Shown here: piece after piece, positions 1 through 9,879 of the stretch | How positions within the stretch are numbered: the stretch's first letter is position 1 | How the letters are laid out: every line of letters starts with the position of its first letter | NCBI RefSeq assembly: GCF_037042905.1 | Contig: NC_087263.1 | Location: forward strand, 12,898,001-12,962,000 | DNA from: Lytechinus pictus | Taxonomy: Eukaryota | Length of the DNA: 64,000 bases | Direction of reading: 5' to 3' | Position numbers and translations under genes: made by a program | Notes under the pieces: generated by a model | What the model was told of the DNA's origin: nothing | Seen by the model: the letters and a program-made list of their open reading frames with translations, nothing else | Databases searched by the model: none

Positions 1-730
1 ACTGTTACAAAGCTACCCCGTGCGTGTAAATCTTACCAATGCACTGAATGATGTGTATCATTTATATACTATTAACTAGCCATTATGTGTATAAGGAAAA
101 TAACAATAACAAGAGGCGCCAAAATCTTGAAAAACAAAATTACATTTCTAATGTACACGTATAACAAATAAACTTGCATGGACAAACTTCAAATTGGTCA
201 TTACACATTTGCAAGAATAGCATGACGTTATATCTTTGTTACCTATCATAGTGGCTATGAAATCACATGAATTAATGGAAACAAACGTAAAATTTAAATT
301 GAATCATAACAAGAACACGACTGATCATGGCAATGGTCATAACATTAGAAATAATGATTATTTGCAAAGTAAAAAAAATAAAATCATGACATTGAAACAA
401 CAACTACAACAACAAAGATAATAAACAATCATTATTGATACAACGATAATGATAATGAAATCTAAAATACCCCATAAAACAGTAAAAATGAAGAGAATTA
501 AACAAACTAAGCAGAAAATATGCTACTGTTTTCGTTTCAATTAAATGATCTGTTAATGATTACTCGAAAATAATTTTTTCTATATTTTCCCGTTTAGATT
601 TTTCATTTTTTCGCACATAACACGATTTTTAAGAAATAGAAAGTTGATAAAAAACAGAAACATTATGAAATAAACAAAAACAAACGTCAAAAAGGCCTTT
701 GGTATATCCTAAATACTCACTCACAAAACA

Positions 731-973
731 GGGCCCCGTCTTACAAAGAGTTGCGATTGATACGATCTATTACAACTATGGACGGCCAGCAATGTCAACA
801 TCTAATTTGCAAATTTGTTCAAAAATATTCTCTAGATATGATATATATTCATACATTCATCATTTTCTTTGTATACTGAGGACATTTCATGGAGAAAAGA
901 ATTGTGGTATAGATGGATTTCCATATATTTGAGATTGATTGGATCGATCGTAACCCTTTGTAGGACTGGGCCC
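731..973. mobile_element. Non-autonomous TIR element (MITE), Harbinger-like termini
   Basis: Imperfect TIRs GGGCCCCGTCTTACAAAGAGTTGCGATTGAT ... ATCGATCGTAACCCTTTGTAGGACTGGGCCC; no clean TSD. Related decayed elements near 36362-36515 and 57960-58098. Confidence 0.6.
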
Positions 974-1796
974 GTGTCATTTGGACTCTAGAAAGCATGT
1001 GGTTTTTCTTTTTAATTAACTCTATTTTTTACTTTCATTGATAATCATTGTATCGTTTTTGTTATATGTATTTTTGTATGTAAAGGGCTCTCTCGAAAAG
1101 CAGATTTTAAGTTCTGAGGAGGCCACCCTGTCTAAAGAAAAGAGAAATGAATGAATAAATAAATATATAAATATATCCCCCCCAAAAAAAAACCGCACTC
1201 TTGTTTTTTCCTAAATGTAAAACCACTTCTCAGTGACTTCTCATGGCAAGAATGACGGCAGGACATACTGTATTTTAACGTGAGCGTAGGAAGAGTACAT
1301 TACATTGAAACGTAGATGGCGCTAAAGTAATTGTGAAAACGGCCAAAACTTCCCCGTTAACCGGTGAATGGTCATAAACATACACCAGTGTCTCCACGTG
1401 CATGATACAAGCAGGATTGCAAGTCCCCACTTGCATACAACTGTGCAAAGTGTTTTGTATTTATTTATCGCTCCAGGGAAAATCATAAATAACATAAATT
1501 TTCTTTTTAAAATAATGTAAAATCACGACATTTTTCTTTTTACATAGCAATTTTTGTAATCAATGTGATAAAAGAATAATGTGAAATCGAACTTATTAAG
1601 TACAACGTTTGCGAGTTTAGCGTGATCCAGTTAAGTTAGGCTGCAGAGGCGAGCTGACGTCAGACACTTTGTTGGTTCTGTGTGCAGTGCGTAGCTGAAC
1701 AAGGCTTGGTTTAGTGCTTACGTGTGGTTTTTCGTTCTTTGTTGGTGAGGGTGCGTGCGTGTGTGTTTCTGTGTGTGTGTGTGTGGGGGAGGGGAA

Positions 1797-2152
1797 GGCC
1801 ACACCCTTTCCTTTTTATAATCTAATCGATGGTATTGGTATTATATGATTTGGATAAACCAAACGTCTCTTTTTGATATTTTCATAATTTTTTCTTCCCT
1901 TTTTTTCCACGCTTTACTATAAAATGTTGATCCTTCAAATTGCATCTGATTTACATTACTTTGTATTATCATATTTTAATGGAAATCAAATAAATGTCGA
2001 TAAACTTAGGGATGAAATATATGGACCATTGCTTGTCATAAGCAAGAATTTGCTTTTGGAATATGACTATATATGTTTTTGTAATAGAAATTCCTATTGT
2101 ATTTTTTTCCTTTAAAAACCGATTAGACATATTAAAGAGAAAACAATGGTAC
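1797..2152 (+). repeat. ~350-bp direct repeat, copy 1 (copy 2 at 5560-5912)
   Basis: Colinear similarity from CCCTTTCCTTT...AATCGATG.TATTGGTATTATATG through TAAAAACCG..TAGACATA. The ORF track gives near-identical spurious peptides (1969..2157 and 5722..5940). Confidence 0.9.
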
Positions 2153-2259
2153 AACAAAAGTGTTTCTGGAGATTGATCGACGGAATCATGTCATACTGAC
2201 ACGTACTACCTTATTAACGTCTTAACCCTATTGGAAAAAAAAAGCATTTACAACTTAAA

Positions 2260-2610
2260 CTACACCCCTCCAGACGTTCGCACCATACCATCCCCAGGCC
2301 TGCCTTTGACGGCGCATGCGCAGCAAGTTGCAAGGGCGATATGAGTCCATCCAAACTTCGTTTCGCCTCTGACCTTGGCCCAGGCTATTACCCACGACTT
2401 CAGTGTGGTGCACTTGGAAAGACGGTCTTCCGTAGCGGTAGAGGGCGTAGGATATCCGTAACAAGCGCCGCCGCTATCCAAACAAGTCGTTTGAAAAAAG
2501 AACTGTCCACTACTGACTTCGACGAATTGATTGTCAACCGTGATACCATCGCTTACTTGGACCCAACCGCTACTGGCTGCACATGCTCTGACGTAATCGC
2601 TGTCTTGTCT
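2260..2610 (-). CDS. Gene A exon 4 (last): mature NGF/neurotrophin-like cystine-knot domain
   Basis: Acceptor ttgcttctttgttctactag, phase 0, 351 bp to TAG. Translation: RQDSDYVRACAASSGWVQVSDGITVDNQFVEVSSGQFFFQTTCLDSGGACYGYPTPSTATEDRLSKCTTLKSWVIAWAKVRGETKFGWTHIALATCCACAVKGRPGDGMVRTSGGV*. Matches the NGF pattern C..S.WV / QxFFxTxC / CxG / SxCxT...VxA / WxxI...CxC. Confidence 0.93.
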   Translation of the reverse strand, partial: RQDSDYVRACAASSGWVQVSDGITVDNQFVEVSSGQFFFQTTCLDSGGACYGYPTPSTATEDRLSKCTTLKSWVIAWAKVRGETKFGWTHIALATCCACAVKGRPGDGMVRTSGGV

Positions 2611-2928
2611 CTAGTAGAACAAAGAAGCAAAATGTAAACGAATTTATGGTAGTTTCGTGTTACTCTCCAAGAAGTTCTTAAGAAGTAAAGGTAACCAAAC
2701 TCATACATTCTTTAATTATTTTTTAATAAATGATTTTATGACATTATTCACTTTAAAAGAGTCCACTCTAAGCACTAAACTGGTATATACCTTCTAAAAA
2801 TTGATCAACTACAACCCACAAAAGTACTTGATTTAATGCAAAAGAAATTCAGTGAGATTTTCAAAGAATAAAGAGAAAACAATGTTTGCAGTTCGGGAAT
2901 CACTCAAGCGTGAGATGTGCAAACTGCA

Positions 2929-3049
2929 CTTGTGTCAAAGAAACTACTGAATGTAGTTTTCTATTCACTTAACATCAGAAAATAGTCCTCAAAAACTTGT
3001 GTCAAAGAAATTTCTGAATGTAGTTTTCTATTTAACTTCACATCAGAAA
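2929..3049 (+). repeat. Two-copy tandem duplication, ~67-bp unit, in gene A intron 3
   Basis: CTTGTGTCAAAGAAA..CTGAATGTAGTTTTCTATT.A.CTT.ACATCAGAAA occurs at 2929 and 2996. Confidence 0.85.
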
Positions 3050-4011
3050 GTTTTTACAGTATAAAGGAGGAAAATTAATCTTTGAGATAATGTTTATTTT
3101 TAATGTTTGCTTTTTGAATACTCAATTTATTATTATTATTATTCTTTTACAGAGAACCATCTATGGCGACTTGATGTCGACATTGAGGTGGTTGGTCACA
3201 TGTATGATGATAATATGAAAAAATATAATCATCACTATGAATTAGTAATAATGATAATGATACCAGTTGCAATATTGATCACAAAATGCATTTTGAAAAT
3301 AATTTAACATAAGAATAACTTGAAAAAGAATTTTGATATAATTCATGTATTTTTATGCTAGTTTTATTAAAGATGTAAATTGTAAAGACATTAATGGCAA
3401 CTCAAGTATGACCTCATGGACACCTGTTTTTTAACACTAGAGTAATACATCACTGTGGCACAACTAAATTCTCCCAACACGAAAATAGGCACATCCTGAT
3501 CATCCAAATGTAAACATACACCCCTAAAATGATATCAAATTGTCCGGGAGAAAATAAGATTATATCATTATTGTCTGTGTTCATGACACGGGCATTCGTT
3601 CAAGTGCATATTTACAGGTTGATTTTCCCCCTTGACACACTCGGTGTGTTTCGAGGCATACTAGCCAAAGTATTTAACTTTAAATACCCAGGTTACAAAA
3701 TAAAGGCATTGTTAAATCTAAAGATAGCTGAGTATGGGAATCTTGAAACACCATCAGCCATACACGACACCCCATAGAACGCGAAGATAATCTCTAGAGC
3801 TTATTAGTGTAAAGCAGGTCAGGTTGAACTGCGATTGATTCATTTTAATGTAAAAGCCAACCGATAAGATCTTGTTTGGCCAAATGACTTTATTCTTTCC
3901 TCCGCTTATTACATCGTTAGTGTTTTGCATTTTCCCAAACAATTGGAAAACTGTGAGCATTAAACCATTTTCCCGGAAATAGAAAACACGAACTTACAGA
4001 AACGATATCTT

Positions 4012-4043
<32 letters not shown>

Positions 4044-4481
4044 GGGGGGGGGGGGGATTCGTCTACGCTGAACGAATAATTTTTTGAATGAATCATGAAT
4101 AGAACTATATATATTCTATATCGTCTCCTTATTAATATTTCCCTTGTAATATAAATAATCATGACACAACATGGTGGAGAACCCGGTCTAAAAACTTCCC
4201 AACATAATTGGGATTTCCTGATAAAAGGTTTTTTTCGATTCACAGACATGCTTACATAGACTGATAGTGGAATTGTTTATTTTAATAAACGACTTAAAGA
4301 ATTATTTCGAAATCGTAAGTTACATAACTTATACCTTCACCTCAGTCAAAAGTGGTTTAAGAATTATGTGAAGTTACGATCAGAAATCCATTTCAATTTG
4401 AGTCCAGATTTGTTTAGGTTACATACCCCAATATGATATCCAACAACACCCTTTTTATAGTTTACGAGCTAAATTGATTAC

Positions 4482-4814
4482 CTTAATGATCTTCAGAAAC
4501 CGCTGCTCCTCGGTTACTCTGATGATGCTCTCTTCGCTGATGTTTGGAACATGAGTTGGCAATTCACGTGAGAACGCAATCCGTCTCATGTTCTCTTCAG
4601 TCATCGCTGGCATCTCCAAGATATCATAGATGGTCATTCCGTCCGGTAGATGGCGCTCTTCCGGTGGAATATCGAGGATGTCGTGAAAGGGTTGCGGAAG
4701 AGTGGCTTTAATTTCATGGTAGCTGGCATTGAGGTTTTCCCGAAACCTAGCCTCGGAGGAAAGTTCGAATAAATTCTGCAAGGGACTCCAAATAGCTTCG
4801 CCTTCTACTCTCTT
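4482..4814 (-). CDS. Gene A exon 3: prodomain
   Basis: Open frame KRVEGEAIWSPLQ...GMTIYDILEMPAMTEENMRRIAFSRELPTHVPNISEESIIRVTEEQRFLKIIK. Donor AAG|gtaatc, phase 0. Acceptor follows branch-like gctaac and a pyrimidine tract (ggaaag|aag); a tandem NAGNAG alternative lies at 4811, so the 5' boundary is less certain. Two N-glycosylation sequons (NAS, NIS). Confidence 0.85.
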
Positions 4815-5139
4815 CTTTCCAAGAGATTTAAAAATGAAAGGAGAATCGTACAAGGCTTTTTAGTAAGTTAGCTTCACAAAATGTTCCCATTTGCCATCAA
4901 TTGCATGTTGTTATTACAAGATTTTCAAGAAAATACAGAAAGAGAAATTAGTTTTCGTTGAGATCTTATTGCAGTCTTATACATTACGGTAATCGAAACG
5001 ATGGGTATGGTATTGAACAGTTTCTTTACAAATTAGAAATTTACTTTTAGTACATTTTAATATAGAATATTTGATAGTATCTAAAGTAAAAATTACTCTT
5101 AAAACCCTCTTTTTTCATTTTGCTTGAGCAGGTAAGTAT

Positions 5140-5480
5140 ATTTTATTTATTTATTTATTCATTTATTCATATTTCACCAGGGTAGCTCATTCAACAAAAG
5201 TTGATCTTCCATGAGGCCCTGGATAACAAACAATACAAGTATATACAATTAAAAACAATCAATGGTGATAATACATATACAATCATCAGTCCATATGATA
5301 TTGTTAAAATACAGACGTATAAAGTGATAACAATATTATATAAAGTAATATATCAAAAAAGAGATGATAGTTTATAGCATCAGTCCTGAAAGGGGAATGG
5401 TATTGCATCCCAGTTGATCGGCCTAGGCAAGATTGAGGAAATGTCTTTTAACAGAGAGTTTGAAATTATTGAGGGTTTTA
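5140..5480 (-). mobile_element. Decayed LINE 3' end fragment
   Basis: (ATTT)n tail at ~5143-5170, the GGGTAGCTCATT...CTTCCATGAGGCCCTG stem, and weak residual coding signal near 5400-5460. Confidence 0.4.
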
Positions 5481-5559
5481 ACATTTGTGTAATTGCAAGT
5501 AAGTAAAAAAAAAAAAAAAAAATTGTGAGCCATTGTTTAATAAGATGCATGCAGGGGTG

Positions 5560-5912
5560 GGGCACGCCCTTTCCTTTATAAACTCAAATCGATGATATTG
5601 GTATTATATGGTTTGGATAACCAAACGTCTCTTTTTGATATTTTCATTCTTTTTTTTTCCTTACCTTTTCTTCCATGCTTTACTTTGAAATAATGATCCT
5701 TCAAATTGTATCTGATTTGCATTACTTTGTATTATCATATTCAATGGAAATTAAATAAATGTCGATAAATTTAGGGATGAAGTAAATGGACCATTGCTTG
5801 TCATAAGCACAAAAAATCGTTTGGAATAAGAATATATATGTTTTTGTAATCGAAATTCTGATTGTATTTTTTTCTTTAAAAACCGGGTAGACATAAGATA
5901 AATCAATGGTAC
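5560..5912 (+). repeat. ~350-bp direct repeat, copy 2 (gene A intron 2)
   Basis: Same orientation as, and colinear with, 1797-2152. Confidence 0.9.
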
Positions 5913-6149
5913 TACAAGTAATAAACCCAGTGGCATACATGACTAAATTACAGATTTAAGTAGTGTAATTATACCAAAGCTGACTTTAGTTGATTGTATT
6001 TTAAAAGTGAAATGGAAGGGCTGGCAAAGAAAATCTTGCAAAAGAGGTAAGCCCTAGGACTCAATTTCATTCAGTAAACTTAGAAGGAAAATAAAGCAAG
6101 ATCGGATTTTTAACAAATAGGTTCAATTTGAAAGCTATCAGGGACTTAA

Positions 6150-6742
6150 AGGTCAAGTCCACCCCAGGAAAATGCTGACTTGAATAAATAGAGAAAAATC
6201 AAACTAGCATAGTTCTGAAAATTTCATCAAAATCGGATGTAAAATGAGAAAGTTATGACATTTTAAAGTTTCGCTTATTTTTCACAAAACAGTGATATGC
6301 ACAACTAGGTGAGTTAGTCGATGATGTCCATCACTCACTATTTATTTTGTTTTTTATTATTTGAATTATACAATATCTCATTTTTTTTTATAGATTTGAC
6401 ATTAAGGACCAACTTGACTGAACCATATAGTATTAAACAATGCTAATTCCACATGTTCAGGGAGGATTTAGTTGTTGTATCACTTGAAAATGATGAGAAA
6501 ATTAGAATATTTCATATTTCATATAATAAAACACAAAAGAAATAATTAGTGGATGACGTCATAGTCTCCTTATTTGCATACCAGCAAGGATGTGCGTATA
6601 ACTGTTCTGTGAAATTAAGCGAAACTTTAAAATGTCATAACTTTCTTATTTTATATCCGATTTTGATGAAATTTCAGTGTTATGGTTGTTGGATTTTTCT
6701 CTTTTTATTCAAATCAACTTTTTGTTGGGGTGGACTTGTCCT
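6150..6742. mobile_element. Kolobok-type MITE
   Basis: TTAA on both flanks (6146-6149, 6743-6746). TIRs AGGTCAAGTCCACCCCA ... TGGGGTGGACTTGTCCT, with long subterminal inverted similarity (AAATTTCATCAAAATCGGAT / ATCCGATTTTGATGAAATTT). Confidence 0.85.
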
Positions 6743-7340
6743 TTAAGGAGGATAAGGGTTAAAGTTTTATTAACTAAGAAAATGGGGAGGGAGTACAGAC
6801 AGAGAACAGTGGGATAAATTCAGTGTAAATGTGAAAAATAGAATGAAATTCAAAAGCCCCTTGGTTTTTAAATTCCCGCATTTACGGTCAACCAAAAAAT
6901 GTGTTAACGCATTCTTTCAAATGAAAATAGTTTAAGGTAATCTAAATCGCGGGCCAAGTCATGCCCATACCGATGCAAGTTTGGGAAATACACAGCGTGG
7001 TAACGGTTTTGCATCCTTAACTCAATTTGGCAACCACGTTGTAAGTCTAACAGGGAGACCTTCATGACTTCCCTGGAATAAGAAAGTTTAATTCATTTTG
7101 GCAAATAAATTTCTAAATAGATCTTGCAAGCGATGATAAGTTTGGTCTGGAAATCGAACTTTATGTGGAACAGTTAACCATTGCATACTTTATTTTACAT
7201 TGGATTTGATATTGACGGTTATTTGATTCTTCGTTATATTCTTAGTTCATTCCTAATATCATAATTATCTTTTTTTTAATCAATGATCTGCAGTTAAATA
7301 TTGAAGAAATAGGCGAAGAGTAATCATGCAACATGCTTAC

Positions 7341-7390
7341 CTTGGTCAATTTAAGCCAGGACTGATAAGAGCACGTTGTCGGACTAAGCA
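7341..7390 (-). CDS. Gene A exon 2: end of signal peptide
   Basis: Acceptor ctctttttcatttcag, phase 1; donor AAG|gtaagc, phase 0. 50 bp encoding (V)LSPTTCSYQSWLKLTK; links exon 1 to exon 3 in frame. Confidence 0.85.
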
Positions 7391-7409
7391 CTGAAATGAA
7401 AAAGAGTAT

Positions 7410-7990
7410 ATGCATGAGAACGACAGGTAGCGTCACGACGCGTCGCAACGCACGACGAATTGAAAAAACACGGTAAATATATTGAAAAGGTCCGTCAAAT
7501 GACAATAACAGCTTTGTCGAAAACTGGTGAACCGGAACAGCAGTTTGTCCTAAGTGTTGGAGCTGACGAAAAATTGGAAATATTTTGTTAGGCCAGAACG
7601 AAACGACAGAGATTTCTTGGTTGCTCATTGTCATGAAGGGCATCTGACGATGCATTTTTTTATCTTCTTGAATTCGTCGTGTTTTATTGGATTGCGTTAC
7701 AACGGAATTTGGTTATAAAATGTATCTTCGGTAATACGCTGTGTACATTTGGTCTAGAGGGTGGCCGTAGGGCGATTATAAGATCTAGTCGCACGACCTC
7801 TCGAGGGCGAACTAAGATAATCGTACGATTTTCGCACGGATAAATGATCATAGTAGGGCCTACGATTTTGGTAAGTATTATAGTTATTTAAAACATCATG
7901 ACCAGAGTATCGTAGCCATTAAATACCTCGTAGGGTCATGGTGTGATCAACGTAGGACCATCGCACGATCAGCGCATGAGCATCTAATCA
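7410..7990. mobile_element. Decayed interspersed repeat rich in CG(C/T)ACGA motifs
   Basis: Segment ~7470-7535 recurs inverted at ~16388-16460 and more weakly at ~21375-21420. Many GCACGA/TCGTACGA motifs. Confidence 0.5.
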
Positions 7991-8694
7991 GCGTAAGATC
8001 ATTGAATATTGTACCGTTATCATACGACCAGGACAGGTTTGTCTTACGAGTAATTGCACGATTAGCTCGAGGACATCATAAGATACGAGTATGTGAGTGT
8101 GGATGTGCGAGTCTCTCTGTGTGTCAGAGAGAAAATGAGGACAATGACCCGAACCTACACATATCAAATTATCAACACTTTTGAAGATTGAGGTCACTTT
8201 CATAATACAATTCACTTCAAGCAGCGAAAAGAGGCCCCGAATTGTTTTAATAGTAATAGTATTGCAGGTTAAATGATCATATATATATATATATATAACA
8301 GGCTACGATCTTATATAGATTTTTCCCCCCATTTGATTTTTGTTTTTTGATTGATAACAAATTTATTTCGTTAAAAAAATGCAACAAAGTTAGAAAGTAA
8401 AGCGGAATTATAATATAACGTAATGAAATGTAATGGAAACCTTCTGAAAAACAAAGCGTGTTAATGAAGGTTTCTTTTATTTATTATATTGTATTAGTGA
8501 CAAGGCCACAGGTGAATATTAGAACTGTAAAATAGGCGAGAGAAATCCGGAAAAAGTGCCCTACACATTCACAAGTAATGTTTCAATTCTAAACAACAAA
8601 AAGCGCCACTATAGAAGCACTATATAAAATATCCCCACGGGTGCTTAGTCCGTTGTCTAAGGTTTAATACATCAAATAATTAGAGTCTACTCAC

Positions 8695-8758
8695 CTGCAA
8701 CCAGCGAAAAGGCAATTAAAGTATAGTGAGAGTGGGCCATTTGAGGGAACCGTACCAT
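8695..8758 (-). CDS. Gene A exon 1: start codon and signal peptide
   Basis: ATG at 8758 (second in-frame ATG at 8740): MVRFPQMAHSHYTLIAFSLVA+G, donor CAG|gtgagt, phase 1. With exon 2 it gives the hydrophobic core LIAFSLVAVL and a plausible cleavage region TTCS. Confidence 0.82.
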
Positions 8759-8828
8759 CTGCACCCCTGTTGTAAAGCAGAGACACATTAGAAATAGAAA
8801 GAGAATGTGCGATAGACGCAAACAATCG

Positions 8829-8866
8829 CAAGTGGGAGATCGGGAATCATCTACTCCCCTTTTATA
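8829..8866 (-). promoter_or_regulatory. Candidate core promoter of gene A (TATA box plus Inr-like site)
   Basis: Minus-strand TATAAAA at 8866-8860, followed by CCACTT with its A at 8833, 75 nt upstream of the ATG. An acceptor-like site (ctgctttacaacag at 8767) is an alternative reading. Confidence 0.5.
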
Positions 8867-9225
8867 CCAAGCTGGTACCAAAATGTTCACAGCAGATATC
8901 TTGTGGTTTTTATTATTATTATTATTCAAGTAGGACAGCCTTCAGCTCAGCCCCATCTATTTCTATATCATCTGTATCTGTTACTCTCTAATTTTTACTC
9001 TCTCTTACCCGCTCTCCCATCCCTCTCTCTTTCTCTTTCTGTCACGATTCGACTGGTAAAGGAGATATGTCAATAGCCTCCTCTGGATTTATGTGACAGG
9101 CCCATTGACGAAACCAATTCCAAACCGACCAACGATAAGCCATTTGAAAGAGTGTAATAGCTTTAATCGGTCTGGAATCGGATTCAGTGGTGTGACTATG
9201 ATACAAAGGGCGAGGTTCATAACTA

Positions 9226-9406
9226 CAGTGTTTCATAAAACTGTTGTAAGTTAGGAGCGACTTTAAGAACGACTGGTGAACCTTTCTTGCGCGCTAAATA
9301 ATCCCCAATGAACAGTTAATGGTGATTATCATTTGCCACAAGAAAATTTCACCAGTCGTTCTTTAAGTCACTCTTAACGTACGAACAGCTTTATGAAAGA
9401 ACCCCC
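9226..9406. mobile_element. Palindromic MITE family (copies at 25187-25368 and ~58101-58250)
   Basis: GTTTCATAA..CTGTT.GTAAGTTA.GAGCGACTTTAAGAACGACTGGTGA ... TCACCAGTCGTTCT...CAGCTTTATGAAA. Confidence 0.75.
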
Positions 9407-9879
9407 TGGCTATTAGGTAGGATCCAATAGCACCGATGATGTCATATAAAGACAGATAGCCCCTGTCTCTTTATTTTATAACGATCAGGTGACGATAAAT
9501 GATCTCTCAACTGGTTATAAAAGAAATCTGGAATTATGCAAGTGATTATTCGTGTAAAGGTAAGAAAGAGGAATGACAGATATCAAACGTGGGCTGACCC
9601 ATAAAGATAGGCGTTGGTTAAGTATCCATTAAATGTCAGGGGCTTCTCTATCAATTATATTTCGTTGTTTATTTAATATATCGCTTTATTCTGGTGTCAT
9701 CCACAAGTTAAATAAAATCTAAATCCGACATGGAATCGAAAAAACAAGAAAGGGAGAAGGTGAAGAGGTTACTTGTTCTTGATATCAAGGCAAGCAAATC
9801 TCTTCAAGTTCTTAGGTACAAGTATACAAAAAATTCATATTGAACAAGTGCATAGGGAAATTGTAAATAATTTATTTGT

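Noticed and set aside
2341..2637. 98-aa plus-strand ORF
   Set aside because: Antisense shadow of gene A exon 4; no recognisable motif.
7242..7655. 137-aa minus-strand ORF as a full gene
   Set aside because: Only 7341-7390 is bounded by splice sites; the rest is intron and an interspersed repeat.
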